Both the position numbers and the translations under genes were made by a program. From Zymomonas mobilis subsp. mobilis ATCC 10988 (GTDB taxonomy: Bacteria > Pseudomonadota > Alphaproteobacteria > Sphingomonadales > Sphingomonadaceae): 32,000 nucleotides of DNA. The notes beneath the pieces were generated by a model. The model did not search any database. It saw only the letters and a list, made by a program, of their open reading frames with translations, and was not told where the DNA came from. Positions 1 to 8,191 of this stretch are shown one piece after another. The DNA is taken from positions 330,001 through 362,000 of the forward strand of contig NC_017262.1 of NCBI RefSeq assembly GCF_000175255.2, in the 5' to 3' direction. Position 1 is the stretch's first letter. Each line of letters begins with the position of its first letter.

Positions 1-478
1 CCGGCGGATAAATATGGGACAACCAGTAATTGGCAACCACTTTACCGGACACATTCAGAATAAGACCGCCCAAAGAATAACCTTGGTTGGCATTGGCATT
101 CACGCGCCAATCGGCCTGTTCCAAATATTCATTGATCGAGGATTCAACCTTGACGATAGTTTCCTGATCTTTGCGAGATTTTGATCTTTGTTCACGATAG
201 ACAATATAAGCACGCGCTGTGGCAAAATAGTCGGAAGAGACTAAAACCTGCTCAACAATATCCTGAATCTGTTCGATTTCTGGTGCGTGATCAGCAAAGC
301 GATGCAGGATCACTTTCTGCGCCTGTTTCGCTAAGCGAGCGGCTTCGGCATGATCGAACTCACCACTAGCAGCGCCCGCTTTTTCAATCGCAATTCTGAT
401 CTTGTCGTTATCAAACAGAACTTTATTGCCATTCCGTTTGATAACAAAAGCTGGGAAAGTCGGTGCTGCACGAGCCAT
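1..478 (-). CDS. nrdD: Anaerobic ribonucleoside-triphosphate reductase, N-terminal part with ATP-cone (partial, runs off the left edge)
   Basis: Manual reverse translation from ATG at 478: MARAAPTFPAFVIKRNGNKVLFDNDKIRIAIEKAGAASGEFDHAEAARLAKQ...INEYLEQADWRVNANANQGYSLGGLILNVSGKVVANYWLSHIYPP, open to position 1. ATP-cone followed by the class III reductase NANxxYSxGGL..sgKVxANYWL signature. Confidence 0.88.
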   Translation of the reverse strand, partial: MARAAPTFPAFVIKRNGNKVLFDNDKIRIAIEKAGAASGEFDHAEAARLAKQAQKVILHRFADHAPEIEQIQDIVEQVLVSSDYFATARAYIVYREQRSKSRKDQETIVKVESSINEYLEQADWRVNANANQGYSLGGLILNVSGKVVANYWLSHIYPP

Positions 479-574
479 CAATATACCCTCAATTTATCCG
501 ATAAAATCACAGCAAAAACGGTCGTTTTTTCCTAAAAAAGGCTAAATATCGCCTATGGCTACAGAAAGATTGTA

Positions 575-622
575 ACCATATATGCTGTGTGATTCTGATT
601 TGGTGATTACTAAATGTTGTAT
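575..622 (-). promoter_or_regulatory. Putative pair of NrdR-like boxes upstream of nrdD
   Basis: ACCATATATGCTGTGT (575-590) and TTACTAAATGTTGTAT (607-622) partly match acaCwAtATaTwGtgt (about 12/16 and 11/16 by eye), offset 32 bp, which matches typical NrdR box phasing. Confidence 0.4.
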
Positions 623-673
623 AAAGCTCTAAATCAACCGAGTATTTTTCGTCAAGCAAAGAGATGGTATTGA

Positions 674-704
674 CAAAAAAGAATGCGCCAAAATAGGCGC
701 ATTC
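674..704 (-). terminator. Intrinsic terminator downstream of queC
   Basis: Minus strand reads GAATGCGCC TATTTT GGCGCATTC TTTTTTG: perfect 9-bp stem followed by a T run. Confidence 0.8.
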
Positions 705-826
705 GATCTTATGAAAAAAAACGCTTGTCTTTGAATAACAACTTTTTCAAAAAACTCTGTAGGAACGCATAACAGGATGGCACCATCCTTGCTATTTTAA
801 CAAGAGCCTTACAGAAAAACGGGTTA

Positions 827-1591
827 TCAAGAACGGCTTTTCTGATAGCTTTCCCATCCGGCAGCGCGCAATTCACAAGCTGGACAATGACCGCAACCAT
901 AGCCCCAATCGTGAAGAATTTCTCGCTCACCTAAATAGCAACTGTGGCTTTCCTGCCGAATAATTTCGACCAGCTCTTTACCACCGACTTCTTCGGCCAT
1001 CTGCCAAGTCGAAGCCTTATCAAGCCACATCAACGGCGTATGCAGCACCAACCGCCTTTCGAGACCGAGATTGATCGCTACCTGTAAAGCCTTAATCGTA
1101 TCATCACGACAGTCAGGATAACCGGAATAATCCGTCTCGCACATGCCGCCAACAATATGGCGCAGGCCACGCCGATAAGCGATCGTCGCTGCAAAAGTAA
1201 AGAAGAGCAGATTCCGACCGGGAACAAAACTATTCGGGATTCCGTCTTCACCAAAGGCAATCTCGGTTTCTCGCGTCAAAGCGCAGTCGCTCACCTGATG
1301 AAGCACAGCCAGATCAAGCATATGGTCTTCACCGAGATGGGCTGCCCAATCAGGAAAATTCTGAATCAGCTTTTGTTTCAGATTCTCACGACATTCCAGT
1401 TCGATTTTATGCCGCTGTCCATAATCAAAGCCGATAGTTTCTACCCGATCAAAATGCTCCAAAGCCCAAGCGAGACAGGTCGCGGAATCCTGACCACCGG
1501 AATAAAGAACCAGACATCCTTCATTACTGACTCCTTGACGAATATCGCTCGTAAAAGAAGGCACTGATTTCTTAGTCTGATTCGCAGTCAT
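827..1591 (-). CDS. queC: 7-cyano-7-deazaguanine synthase
   Basis: ORF of 254 aa with the [10 protein letters not shown]-loop, GFDYGQRH and the C-terminal [22 protein letters not shown] zinc cysteine pattern (here [32 protein letters not shown]). Confidence 0.95.
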   Translation of the reverse strand: MTANQTKKSVPSFTSDIRQGVSNEGCLVLYSGGQDSATCLAWALEHFDRVETIGFDYGQRHKIELECRENLKQKLIQNFPDWAAHLGEDHMLDLAVLHQVSDCALTRETEIAFGEDGIPNSFVPGRNLLFFTFAATIAYRRGLRHIVGGMCETDYSGYPDCRDDTIKALQVAINLGLERRLVLHTPLMWLDKASTWQMAEEVGGKELVEIIRQESHSCYLGEREILHDWGYGCGHCPACELRAAGWESYQKSRS

Positions 1592-1642
1592 GTATAAACT
1601 TCCTCGAAGGCTTCAATATTCCGGTAAACAAGGCTCAAGCGG

Positions 1643-2689
1643 TCAGGCTTTTTTGCGTTGCTCGGCAATCTGGCGCCATATTTTTATAAATTGGTCAATA
1701 TCGGATTCAGTTGTTTCTCGGCCAAAACTGACTCGGATCACTTCCTGTGCTTCCTTATCTCCCCAACCCATCGCTTTTAAAACTGGACTGGATTTCAGGC
1801 TGCCTGAAGAGCAAGCGCTACCGGCTGATATTGAGATACCGGCCATATCGAACAGAATAAGCTGGGTTTTCGCTACCATATCCGGCATCCGGTAAGATGC
1901 AATAGTGGGTATCCGCTCCGATTGATAGGCGACTACTTCGCCACCAGAAGCGATAATAGCCTGATCGAGTTTTTCTCGCAAAGTGGCTGCTTTTTCAAAC
2001 CAGTCTTTCTTTTCGCAGACCGCTGCCGCGAATCCTAAGATTGCGGGGGCATTTTCTGTTCCGGCACGATAGCCCTGCTCTTGCCCCCCAAAAGGCTTCA
2101 ATTTGGCCCAATCACGAATCAACAAAGCCCCGACACCTGGCGCTCCCCCCAATTTATGGGCAGAAAGACTGATAAAATCAGCATCAGGCAAGGGCATTTT
2201 TCCGGCAGACTGCGCCGCATCGGCAAACCATAGACTATTTTTTTCAGAAAGCGTCTGTCTCAAAATATCCGCAGGTTGAATAACGCCCGTTTCGTTATTA
2301 ACCGTCTGCACTCCAACAAGCTGATTTTCCGGTAGCTTTTCAGGAATAATATAGCCGTTTTTATCGACGGGCAGAATATTGGGAATAATACCCGCTCTTA
2401 AAAAGGCATCATGCTCAACTGCCGAAATACTGCATTGTTCTAGGGTGTTTCTCTGTAAAACCATCGCGATAGATTCGCTGGCACCACTGGTAAAAATCAG
2501 ATGATGCGGCCAATTTAACGCTTCTTTTATCCTGATGCGTGCTTCTTCTATCAAAGCGCGCATATGCCTGCCATCTTTATGGGGCGAAGACGGGTTCGCC
2601 CATATGTCAAAAGCCTCGTCCATTGCCTGTCGGGCAGAGGTCGTTATCGGGGTCGTTGCAGCGTAATCAAGATAAATTCGGCTATTCAC
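1643..2689 (-). CDS. Cysteine desulfurase (NifS/IscS-like, class V aminotransferase fold)
   Basis: 348-aa ORF: IYLDYAATTPIT, SPHKDGR, TSGASESIAM, SLSAHKLGGAPGVGAL (PLP lysine), SAGSACSSGS (catalytic Cys). The start codon is GTG. Confidence 0.92.
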   Translation of the reverse strand: MNSRIYLDYAATTPITTSARQAMDEAFDIWANPSSPHKDGRHMRALIEEARIRIKEALNWPHHLIFTSGASESIAMVLQRNTLEQCSISAVEHDAFLRAGIIPNILPVDKNGYIIPEKLPENQLVGVQTVNNETGVIQPADILRQTLSEKNSLWFADAAQSAGKMPLPDADFISLSAHKLGGAPGVGALLIRDWAKLKPFGGQEQGYRAGTENAPAILGFAAAVCEKKDWFEKAATLREKLDQAIIASGGEVVAYQSERIPTIASYRMPDMVAKTQLILFDMAGISISAGSACSSGSLKSSPVLKAMGWGDKEAQEVIRVSFGRETTESDIDQFIKIWRQIAEQRKKA

Positions 2690-2821
2690 GCGTGAAATCC
2701 TTACAGAGCCTGTCGCTAAAAAAGCTTGAAATATTGCTTCGAAAGAAAGCTAACCTTATATAAGTTCAGAATGATAACCTGTCTTTAGGGCGTTTTTTGC
2801 CCGATAACCAAATGGATAACC

Positions 2822-3475
2822 ATGCCTGCAGTCATTTTTCCCGGCCCCGAAGGGCGTCTTGAAGGTCGATTTCAACCCGGATCAAGACCACGGGCGCCCG
2901 TAGCGCTCATTCTTCATCCGCATCCTCAAGGCGGTGGTACGATGAATAATCATATCACCATGGCACTTTACCAGACCTTTGCTCGTCGTGGTTTTGCGAC
3001 CTTGCGCTTTAATTTCAGAAGTGTTGGCCGCTCGCAAGGGACTTTTGATAACGGGATCGGTGAACTTTCCGATGCCGCTTCTGCCTTAGACTGGGTGCAG
3101 TCGATTCACCCCGAAGCGGTTACCACTTGGGTTGCCGGATTTGGGTTTGGTGCATGGATCGGGATGCAGCTTTTGATGCGTCGCCCCGAAATCAAGGGTT
3201 TTATTTCTATTGCGCCGCCAGCCAATATGTATGACTTTTCATTCCTCGCCCCCTGCCCGTCTTCAGGCATTATTATACAGGGTGAAAGTGACGAAGTCGT
3301 CACCGGTTCAGCCGTTCAAAAACTAGTCGATAAATTGCGTACGCAAAAACATATTACGATTGATCAGGCTATTATCCCGGGTGCTAATCATTTCTTTCAG
3401 AATGAAATGCCGGAATTGATGAAATCAGTCGATGATTATCTGGATATGAGATTGAAAGCCGATCTCGGACAATAA
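2822..3475 (+). CDS. Alpha/beta hydrolase family protein
   Basis: 217-aa ORF: HPHPQGGGTMNNHI, LRFNFRSVGRSQGTFDNGIGE, VAGFGFGAWIG, GANHFF. Resembles the YdeN/PhaZ-like serine hydrolase family. Confidence 0.85.
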   Translation: MPAVIFPGPEGRLEGRFQPGSRPRAPVALILHPHPQGGGTMNNHITMALYQTFARRGFATLRFNFRSVGRSQGTFDNGIGELSDAASALDWVQSIHPEAVTTWVAGFGFGAWIGMQLLMRRPEIKGFISIAPPANMYDFSFLAPCPSSGIIIQGESDEVVTGSAVQKLVDKLRTQKHITIDQAIIPGANHFFQNEMPELMKSVDDYLDMRLKADLGQ

Positions 3476-3491
3476 AAATTATCAAGGCAAA

Positions 3492-3537
3492 AGGGTAGCC
3501 ATATAGGGCTAAATCACAGCTTCTATATGGCTTCCCT
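3492..3537. terminator. Imperfect inverted repeat or hairpin after the hydrolase gene, possibly a weak terminator
   Basis: GGGTAGCCATATAG ... CTATATGGCTTCCC: 14-bp arms with one mismatch around a ~16-nt loop, without a strong T tract. Confidence 0.3.
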
Positions 3538-3683
3538 GTGGCCTCTATCCTGCCTCAATTTTATACTTGGCTTATGTCAATTAGATGACTGATATCTAAA
3601 AAGATTTCGCCTCGATTTCGGCGCAACTTTATTTTTCTTAAAAAAATTATAATTACCTATAGACAAGCCAATAATCTTCTTTA

Positions 3684-3794
3684 CATCCTGACATTCGCTT
3701 TTTAAAAGCGACGTCCGCTGCCCCATGGGACTTCCAACCGCAAGGCAGCTTTTACTCTTAGTCTTGCCACCCTACCCTCTGGAGGTCCCTTGAA
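3684..3794 (+). ncRNA. speF-type structured leader RNA upstream of ornithine decarboxylase
   Basis: Stem GACATTCGCTTTT/AAAAGCGACGTC, then GCTGCC..CTTCCAACCGCAAGGCAGC, then ACCCTCTGGAGGTCCCTTGAATTG containing the SD. Resembles, from memory, the alphaproteobacterial speF motif (Rfam RF00518). It sits directly upstream of an ornithine decarboxylase gene. Confidence 0.7.
3725..3793 (+). CDS. Putative leader peptide / upstream ORF, 22 aa: MGLPTARQLLLLVLPPYPLEVP
   Basis: ATG at 3725, uninterrupted frame to TGA at 3791-3793, one nt before the TTG start of the decarboxylase. Contains the PPYP motif. No clear SD precedes it. Confidence 0.45.
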   Translation: MGLPTARQLLLLVLPPYPLEVP

Positions 3795-4976
3795 TTGCAC
3801 AATCATCATAGCGCGCTGGGGTTAGCTACTTCTCTTCGTCCGGTTGAACCGGTTACCCTTATCCGCCCTCATGCAGCCCATCGGGCAGCCCGCTTTTTTA
3901 TTGAAAAATTTGCGGGAAAGACGATGTATGCGGTAAAGGCCAATCCGTCACCGGCGCTTATTCGTAGTTTATGGGATGCAGGTATCACGCAATATGACGT
4001 GGCTTCAGCTAATGAAGTGCGTCTGGTGCGTCATTTGTTACCAGAAGCAACCCTGTGCTTTATGAATCCGGTAAAAGCCGAAGAAGTCATCCGCGAAGCC
4101 TATTTTGAACATGGCGTTCGGGCATTTTCTCTCGATAATCAGGATGAGTTGGATAAAATCCTGCGGGCAACTGATTATGCCAAGGATTTGACGCTCTGCG
4201 TTCGACTTCGCGTTTCTTCGGATCATTCCAAATTAAGCCTTGCTTCCAAATTCGGCATTGACCCTGCCCAGTCAGCATCCTTACTGATGGCAGCACGTCA
4301 GGCTTCGGATTCTCTTGGCATTTGCTTCCATGTTGGCAGTCAGGCGATGTCACCCCAAGCCTATATTCAGGCGATGGCACTGGCGCGTGATGCCATTGTT
4401 CAAGCGGGTGTTACCGTTGATGTTATTGATGTCGGCGGCGGTTTCCCGTCGATTTATCCTGATTTGGAACCCCAAAATCTGGAAAATTATTTTCATAGCA
4501 TCCACGAAGCCTTTGAATCCCTGCCTATTTCTTACTCGGCTGAATTATGGGCTGAACCGGGACGCGCCCTTTCCGCTGAATATTCCAGCCTGATCGTTCG
4601 GGTTGAAAGACGGCGCGGCACAGATCTTTATATCAATGATGGGGCTTATGGCGCTTTGTTTGACGCAGCCCATCTGGATTGGCGTTTTCCGGTAAAACTC
4701 TTGCGGGCGGAATCCAATCAGGCACGCGATATCAATTTCAGTTTTTATGGTCCTACCTGCGATGACATGGATTATATGGCGGGTCCCTTCCCGCTACCTG
4801 CGGATGTCAAGGTCGGTGACTATATCGAAATCGGGATGCTTGGCGCTTATGGAAATGCAATGCGAACCGAATTTAACGGTTTTACGCCCAGCATGACCGT
4901 GATCGCCGACGATCAACCCATGGCCAGCCTTTATAATGACACGGGCGACCATCAGCATAGCATCGCTATGCGTTAA
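3795..4976 (+). CDS. Ornithine decarboxylase (type III PLP-fold Orn/DAP/Arg decarboxylase family), TTG start
   Basis: 393-aa ORF: KTMYAVKANPSPALI (PLP lysine), HVGSQ, VIDVGGGFPSIY, AEPGRALSAE, YNDGAYGALFD, GPTCDDMD. GGAGG at 3781-3785 lies 9 nt before TTG. Confidence 0.9.
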   Translation: MHNHHSALGLATSLRPVEPVTLIRPHAAHRAARFFIEKFAGKTMYAVKANPSPALIRSLWDAGITQYDVASANEVRLVRHLLPEATLCFMNPVKAEEVIREAYFEHGVRAFSLDNQDELDKILRATDYAKDLTLCVRLRVSSDHSKLSLASKFGIDPAQSASLLMAARQASDSLGICFHVGSQAMSPQAYIQAMALARDAIVQAGVTVDVIDVGGGFPSIYPDLEPQNLENYFHSIHEAFESLPISYSAELWAEPGRALSAEYSSLIVRVERRRGTDLYINDGAYGALFDAAHLDWRFPVKLLRAESNQARDINFSFYGPTCDDMDYMAGPFPLPADVKVGDYIEIGMLGAYGNAMRTEFNGFTPSMTVIADDQPMASLYNDTGDHQHSIAMR

Positions 4977-5057
4977 ATGCCTTTGTCATGAAATAATGCT
5001 TTTTCTACATTAAAACATCTTCTGACTATAGCGGATTCCAAGCGGAGTTTCTTTATT

Positions 5058-6110
5058 ATGACGGATTCCAAAACAAACGATCAGCGCAAAGCTGAATTGC
5101 TGTCCAAGCAAGTCGAACATATCGACATTCGCAGCTTTGACGCTCGCCCGATTATTGATGCTATGGGCAAGATGAGCTTCACCAGCCGCGATCTGGCACG
5201 GGCAACCGATATTTATAACCAGATGTTGGCTGACCCGAAATGCACCATCTTTCTTGTTATCGCCGGTTCAACTTCGGCGGGTGGTTGCATGGATGCTTAT
5301 GCTGAATTGCTGCGCTCCAATATGATTGATGGTGTCGTTGCTACCGGTGCTTCGATTGTCGACATGGATTTCTTCGAAGGCTTGGGTCACAAGCATTATC
5401 AGGCTTTAGAAGTGCCTGATGATATGACGCTGCGTTCGCTTTATATTGACCGTATCTACGACACCTATATTGACGAAGAACAGCTTCAGGATTGCGATAA
5501 TACCATTTATAAAATCGCAGAATCCCTGAATCCGGGCGGTTACTCCAGCCGTGCATTCATCCGTGAAATGGGTCGTTATCTTTCGGAACATGGCAAAAAA
5601 GAAAACAGCCTTGTAAAATTGGCCTATGAACATGATGTGCCGATCTTCTGTCCGGCCTTTGTTGATTCTTCTGCTGGTTTCGGTCTGGTAAAACATCAGG
5701 TTGAACGCATCCGTGATAAAAAACCTTATGTCATGCTGGATGCAGCGGCCGATTTCCGTGAATTGACCGATATTAAAATCAAGGCAGGCACCACCGGTCT
5801 TCTGATGATCGGTGGCGGTGTTCCGAAAAACTTTGTGCAGGATACGGTTGTTTGCGCCGAAGTTCTTGGCCATGAAGATATCGAAATGCACAAATATGCC
5901 GTTCAGATCACGGTCGCGGATGTCCGCGACGGCGCTTGCTCTTCTTCCACGCTGAAGGAAGCCGCTAGCTGGGGTAAAGTCGATACGGCTTTGGAACAGA
6001 TGGTTTATGCCGAAGCCGGTTCAGTCTTGCCATTATTGGCCTCTGATGCATGGCATCGCGGTTTTTGGAAAAACCGTGAACCCCGCGCATGGAGCAAATT
6101 GTTCGACTAA
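5058..6110 (+). CDS. Bacterial deoxyhypusine synthase-like protein (candidate homospermidine synthase or related polyamine enzyme)
   Basis: 350-aa ORF: STSAGGCMDAYAELLRSNMIDGVVATGAS, GGYSSRAFIREMGRYL, VPIFCPAFVDSSAGFGL, and EAASWGKVDT, corresponding to the catalytic-Lys SWGK motif of deoxyhypusine synthase. Confidence 0.85.
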   Translation: MTDSKTNDQRKAELLSKQVEHIDIRSFDARPIIDAMGKMSFTSRDLARATDIYNQMLADPKCTIFLVIAGSTSAGGCMDAYAELLRSNMIDGVVATGASIVDMDFFEGLGHKHYQALEVPDDMTLRSLYIDRIYDTYIDEEQLQDCDNTIYKIAESLNPGGYSSRAFIREMGRYLSEHGKKENSLVKLAYEHDVPIFCPAFVDSSAGFGLVKHQVERIRDKKPYVMLDAAADFRELTDIKIKAGTTGLLMIGGGVPKNFVQDTVVCAEVLGHEDIEMHKYAVQITVADVRDGACSSSTLKEAASWGKVDTALEQMVYAEAGSVLPLLASDAWHRGFWKNREPRAWSKLFD

Positions 6111-6140
6111 AACCAAGAAAAGAATTTTCATTTCTTGCGA

Positions 6141-6167
6141 AAAAAGCTGCCTTTGGCAGCTTTTTTT
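6141..6167 (+). terminator. Intrinsic terminator downstream of the decarboxylase/DHS-like pair
   Basis: AAAAAGCTGCC TTT GGCAGCTTTTTTT: strong stem plus T run. Confidence 0.85.
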
Positions 6168-6292
6168 GTCTCTTTATCGTTGCCTTTCGATAGTTGGATT
6201 TTTTATTTTCATTTCTTGGAAGTTATTTATTAAAAGTTTTTTGCGACTATCGACTTGCTGTTTCTTTCAATCTGGCTCATGGTTTGCACGAC

Positions 6293-7393
6293 ATGACTGG
6301 TTCTGATGATTTTAGCTTCGAGATAAACGGGGATCAACTTGCCTTGCAGGGTGTGTTGACGCTTGCCCATCTCGATAGCTTGTCGAATACGTTGCAAATG
6401 CTTTCTGATGTAAAAGTAATCGACCTTTCAAATCTGCACCGGATGGATACCGCTGGCGCATGGTTGGTGCATAAGCTGGCACAAGACAATAATGCCGAGG
6501 TCAAAGGAACGAATAGCGCTGTCGCGCATATCCTCGATCAAATATCGCATTATGACCGCCCGCTTCCCCCTGAACCCAAAGCCGTCTCGCCTTTGATCTA
6601 TACCTTAACAGGGGTCGGTAAAAATACGGTCCATGTCTGGTATACGATTGTTGGACTCGTCAATTTTTTTGGCGCTCTACTTGTCAGTATCTGGCATACT
6701 ATCTGCCATCCCAGCCGGCTGCGCCTGACGGCGATTATCTGCCAAATGGAAACAGTCGGCGTGAATGCTTTGGCTATTGTTGGCTTGATGAGCATTCTTG
6801 TTGGGGTTGTGATCGCTCAACAAGGGGCGGTTCAATTGCGACAATTCGGGGCAGAAATTTATTCTATCAATCTGGTCGGACGGCTTTCTTTCCGCGAATT
6901 AGGCGTTTTGATGACGGCGATTATGGTCGCTGGTCGTTCTGGTTCAGCTTTTGCGGCACAAATTGGCTCCATGAATTTGGCTGAAGAAATAGACGCGATG
7001 CGCATTATCGGCGTTTCGCCTATGGAAAGTTTGGTTTTACCACGTTTTCTGGCCAGCATCATTATGATGCCTCTTCTTGGTTTTTATGCAACGATCGCCG
7101 CCGTCATTGGTGGCGGGTTGCTTTGCTGGACAGTTCTCGATATTCCGCCCACAACATTTTTTACGCGGTTAAGAGAGGTTATCCCTTACACTGATGTCGC
7201 TGTCGGCTTAGTCAAAGCGCCCATTTTCGGGGCATTGATTGCAATTGCTGGATGTTTCCAAGGCACACAGGTCAAGGGTAACGCAGAACAACTCGGCTAT
7301 TGCACGACAAAGGCCGTTGTTCATTCCATCTTTTTGGTTATCGTTCTTGATGCCTTCTTTGCCGTCTTCTTTTCAGAGATAGGCTGGGTATGA
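6293..7393 (+). CDS. MlaE-family ABC transporter permease with N-terminal STAS-like domain
   Basis: The track ORF begins at TTG 6194; ATG at 6293 (MTGSDDFSFEING..) is the more plausible start. STAS-like region, then IVGLMSILVGVVIAQQGAVQLRQFGAE..GRLSFRELGVLMTAIMVAGRSGSAFAAQIGSM..EEIDAMRIIGVSP, the classic MlaE signature. Confidence 0.9.
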   Translation: MTGSDDFSFEINGDQLALQGVLTLAHLDSLSNTLQMLSDVKVIDLSNLHRMDTAGAWLVHKLAQDNNAEVKGTNSAVAHILDQISHYDRPLPPEPKAVSPLIYTLTGVGKNTVHVWYTIVGLVNFFGALLVSIWHTICHPSRLRLTAIICQMETVGVNALAIVGLMSILVGVVIAQQGAVQLRQFGAEIYSINLVGRLSFRELGVLMTAIMVAGRSGSAFAAQIGSMNLAEEIDAMRIIGVSPMESLVLPRFLASIIMMPLLGFYATIAAVIGGGLLCWTVLDIPPTTFFTRLREVIPYTDVAVGLVKAPIFGALIAIAGCFQGTQVKGNAEQLGYCTTKAVVHSIFLVIVLDAFFAVFFSEIGWV

Positions 7394-8181
7394 GCGATTC
7401 TGATATTATCCAGATCCGAGACCTCAAAAACAGCTTCGGTAGTCAGGTCGTGCATGACGGGGTTAATCTCGACGTAAAACGAGGTGAAATTCTAGGCCTT
7501 GTTGGCGGATCGGGAACGGGGAAATCCGTTTTGCTGCGCTCGATTATCGGTTTGCAGCAACCTGTAGCCGGTTCAATCAAGGTTCTAGGCCATGAAATGA
7601 TTGGCAAAGACCCGCTCACTATGCGGATGGTCAGTCGGCATTGGGGCGTTCTCTTTCAAGAAAGCGCGCTGTTTTCGACCCTGAATATTACTGAAAATGT
7701 CAAAGTGCCGTTAAGGGAATATTATCCTGAACTAGGTGACTCCCTGCTCGATCAAATTGCTGGCTATAAAATTGCCATGACCGATCTTCCCGAAGATGTC
7801 GGAATAAAATTTAATTCCGAATTATCGGGCGGGATGCGGAAAAGAGCGGGATTGGCACGCGCTTTGGCACTAGATCCTGATTTATTATTTTTGGATGAGC
7901 CAACGTCAGGCCTCGATCCGGTCAGCGCAGACGCAATTGATGCTCTTATTTTAGGGCTTCGCAAGATGCTGGGTTTAACCGTTTTCATGATTACGCATGA
8001 TCTCGACAGCCTTTATAATATTTGTGATCGCGTTGCTGTCTTGGCTGACAAGAAAGTTCTGGCCGTCGATACGGTTGAAAATCTGACCAAGTTCGATCAT
8101 CCGTGGATAAAACGTTACTTCAATGGCCCCCGCGGTCGGGCAGCCGCGGAGTCTTTTGAAGCCAGAAAGACGGGAGCATAA
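7390..8181 (+). CDS. MlaF-like ABC transporter ATP-binding protein
   Basis: Walker A GGSGTGKSV, signature LSGGMRKRAGLARAL, Walker B LLFLDEPTSGLDP; overlaps the upstream stop (ATGA). Confidence 0.93.
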   Translation: MSDSDIIQIRDLKNSFGSQVVHDGVNLDVKRGEILGLVGGSGTGKSVLLRSIIGLQQPVAGSIKVLGHEMIGKDPLTMRMVSRHWGVLFQESALFSTLNITENVKVPLREYYPELGDSLLDQIAGYKIAMTDLPEDVGIKFNSELSGGMRKRAGLARALALDPDLLFLDEPTSGLDPVSADAIDALILGLRKMLGLTVFMITHDLDSLYNICDRVAVLADKKVLAVDTVENLTKFDHPWIKRYFNGPRGRAAAESFEARKTGA

Positions 8182-8191
8182 GGAATAGACC

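Noticed and set aside
769-800. Short palindrome AGGATGGCACCATCCT near the queC 3' end
   Set aside because: Two-base loop, no T tract directly after it; the better terminator is at 674-704.
709-930. 73-aa minus-strand ORF overlapping the queC C-terminus
   Set aside because: Out of frame with queC and reads through its 3' end; no domain signature.
1157-1567. Plus-strand 136-aa ORF over queC
   Set aside because: Antisense to queC; no independent support.
5406-5891. Minus-strand 161-aa ORF inside the DHS-like gene
   Set aside because: Antisense shadow ORF; the plus-strand product is clearly homologous and the antisense peptide has no family features.
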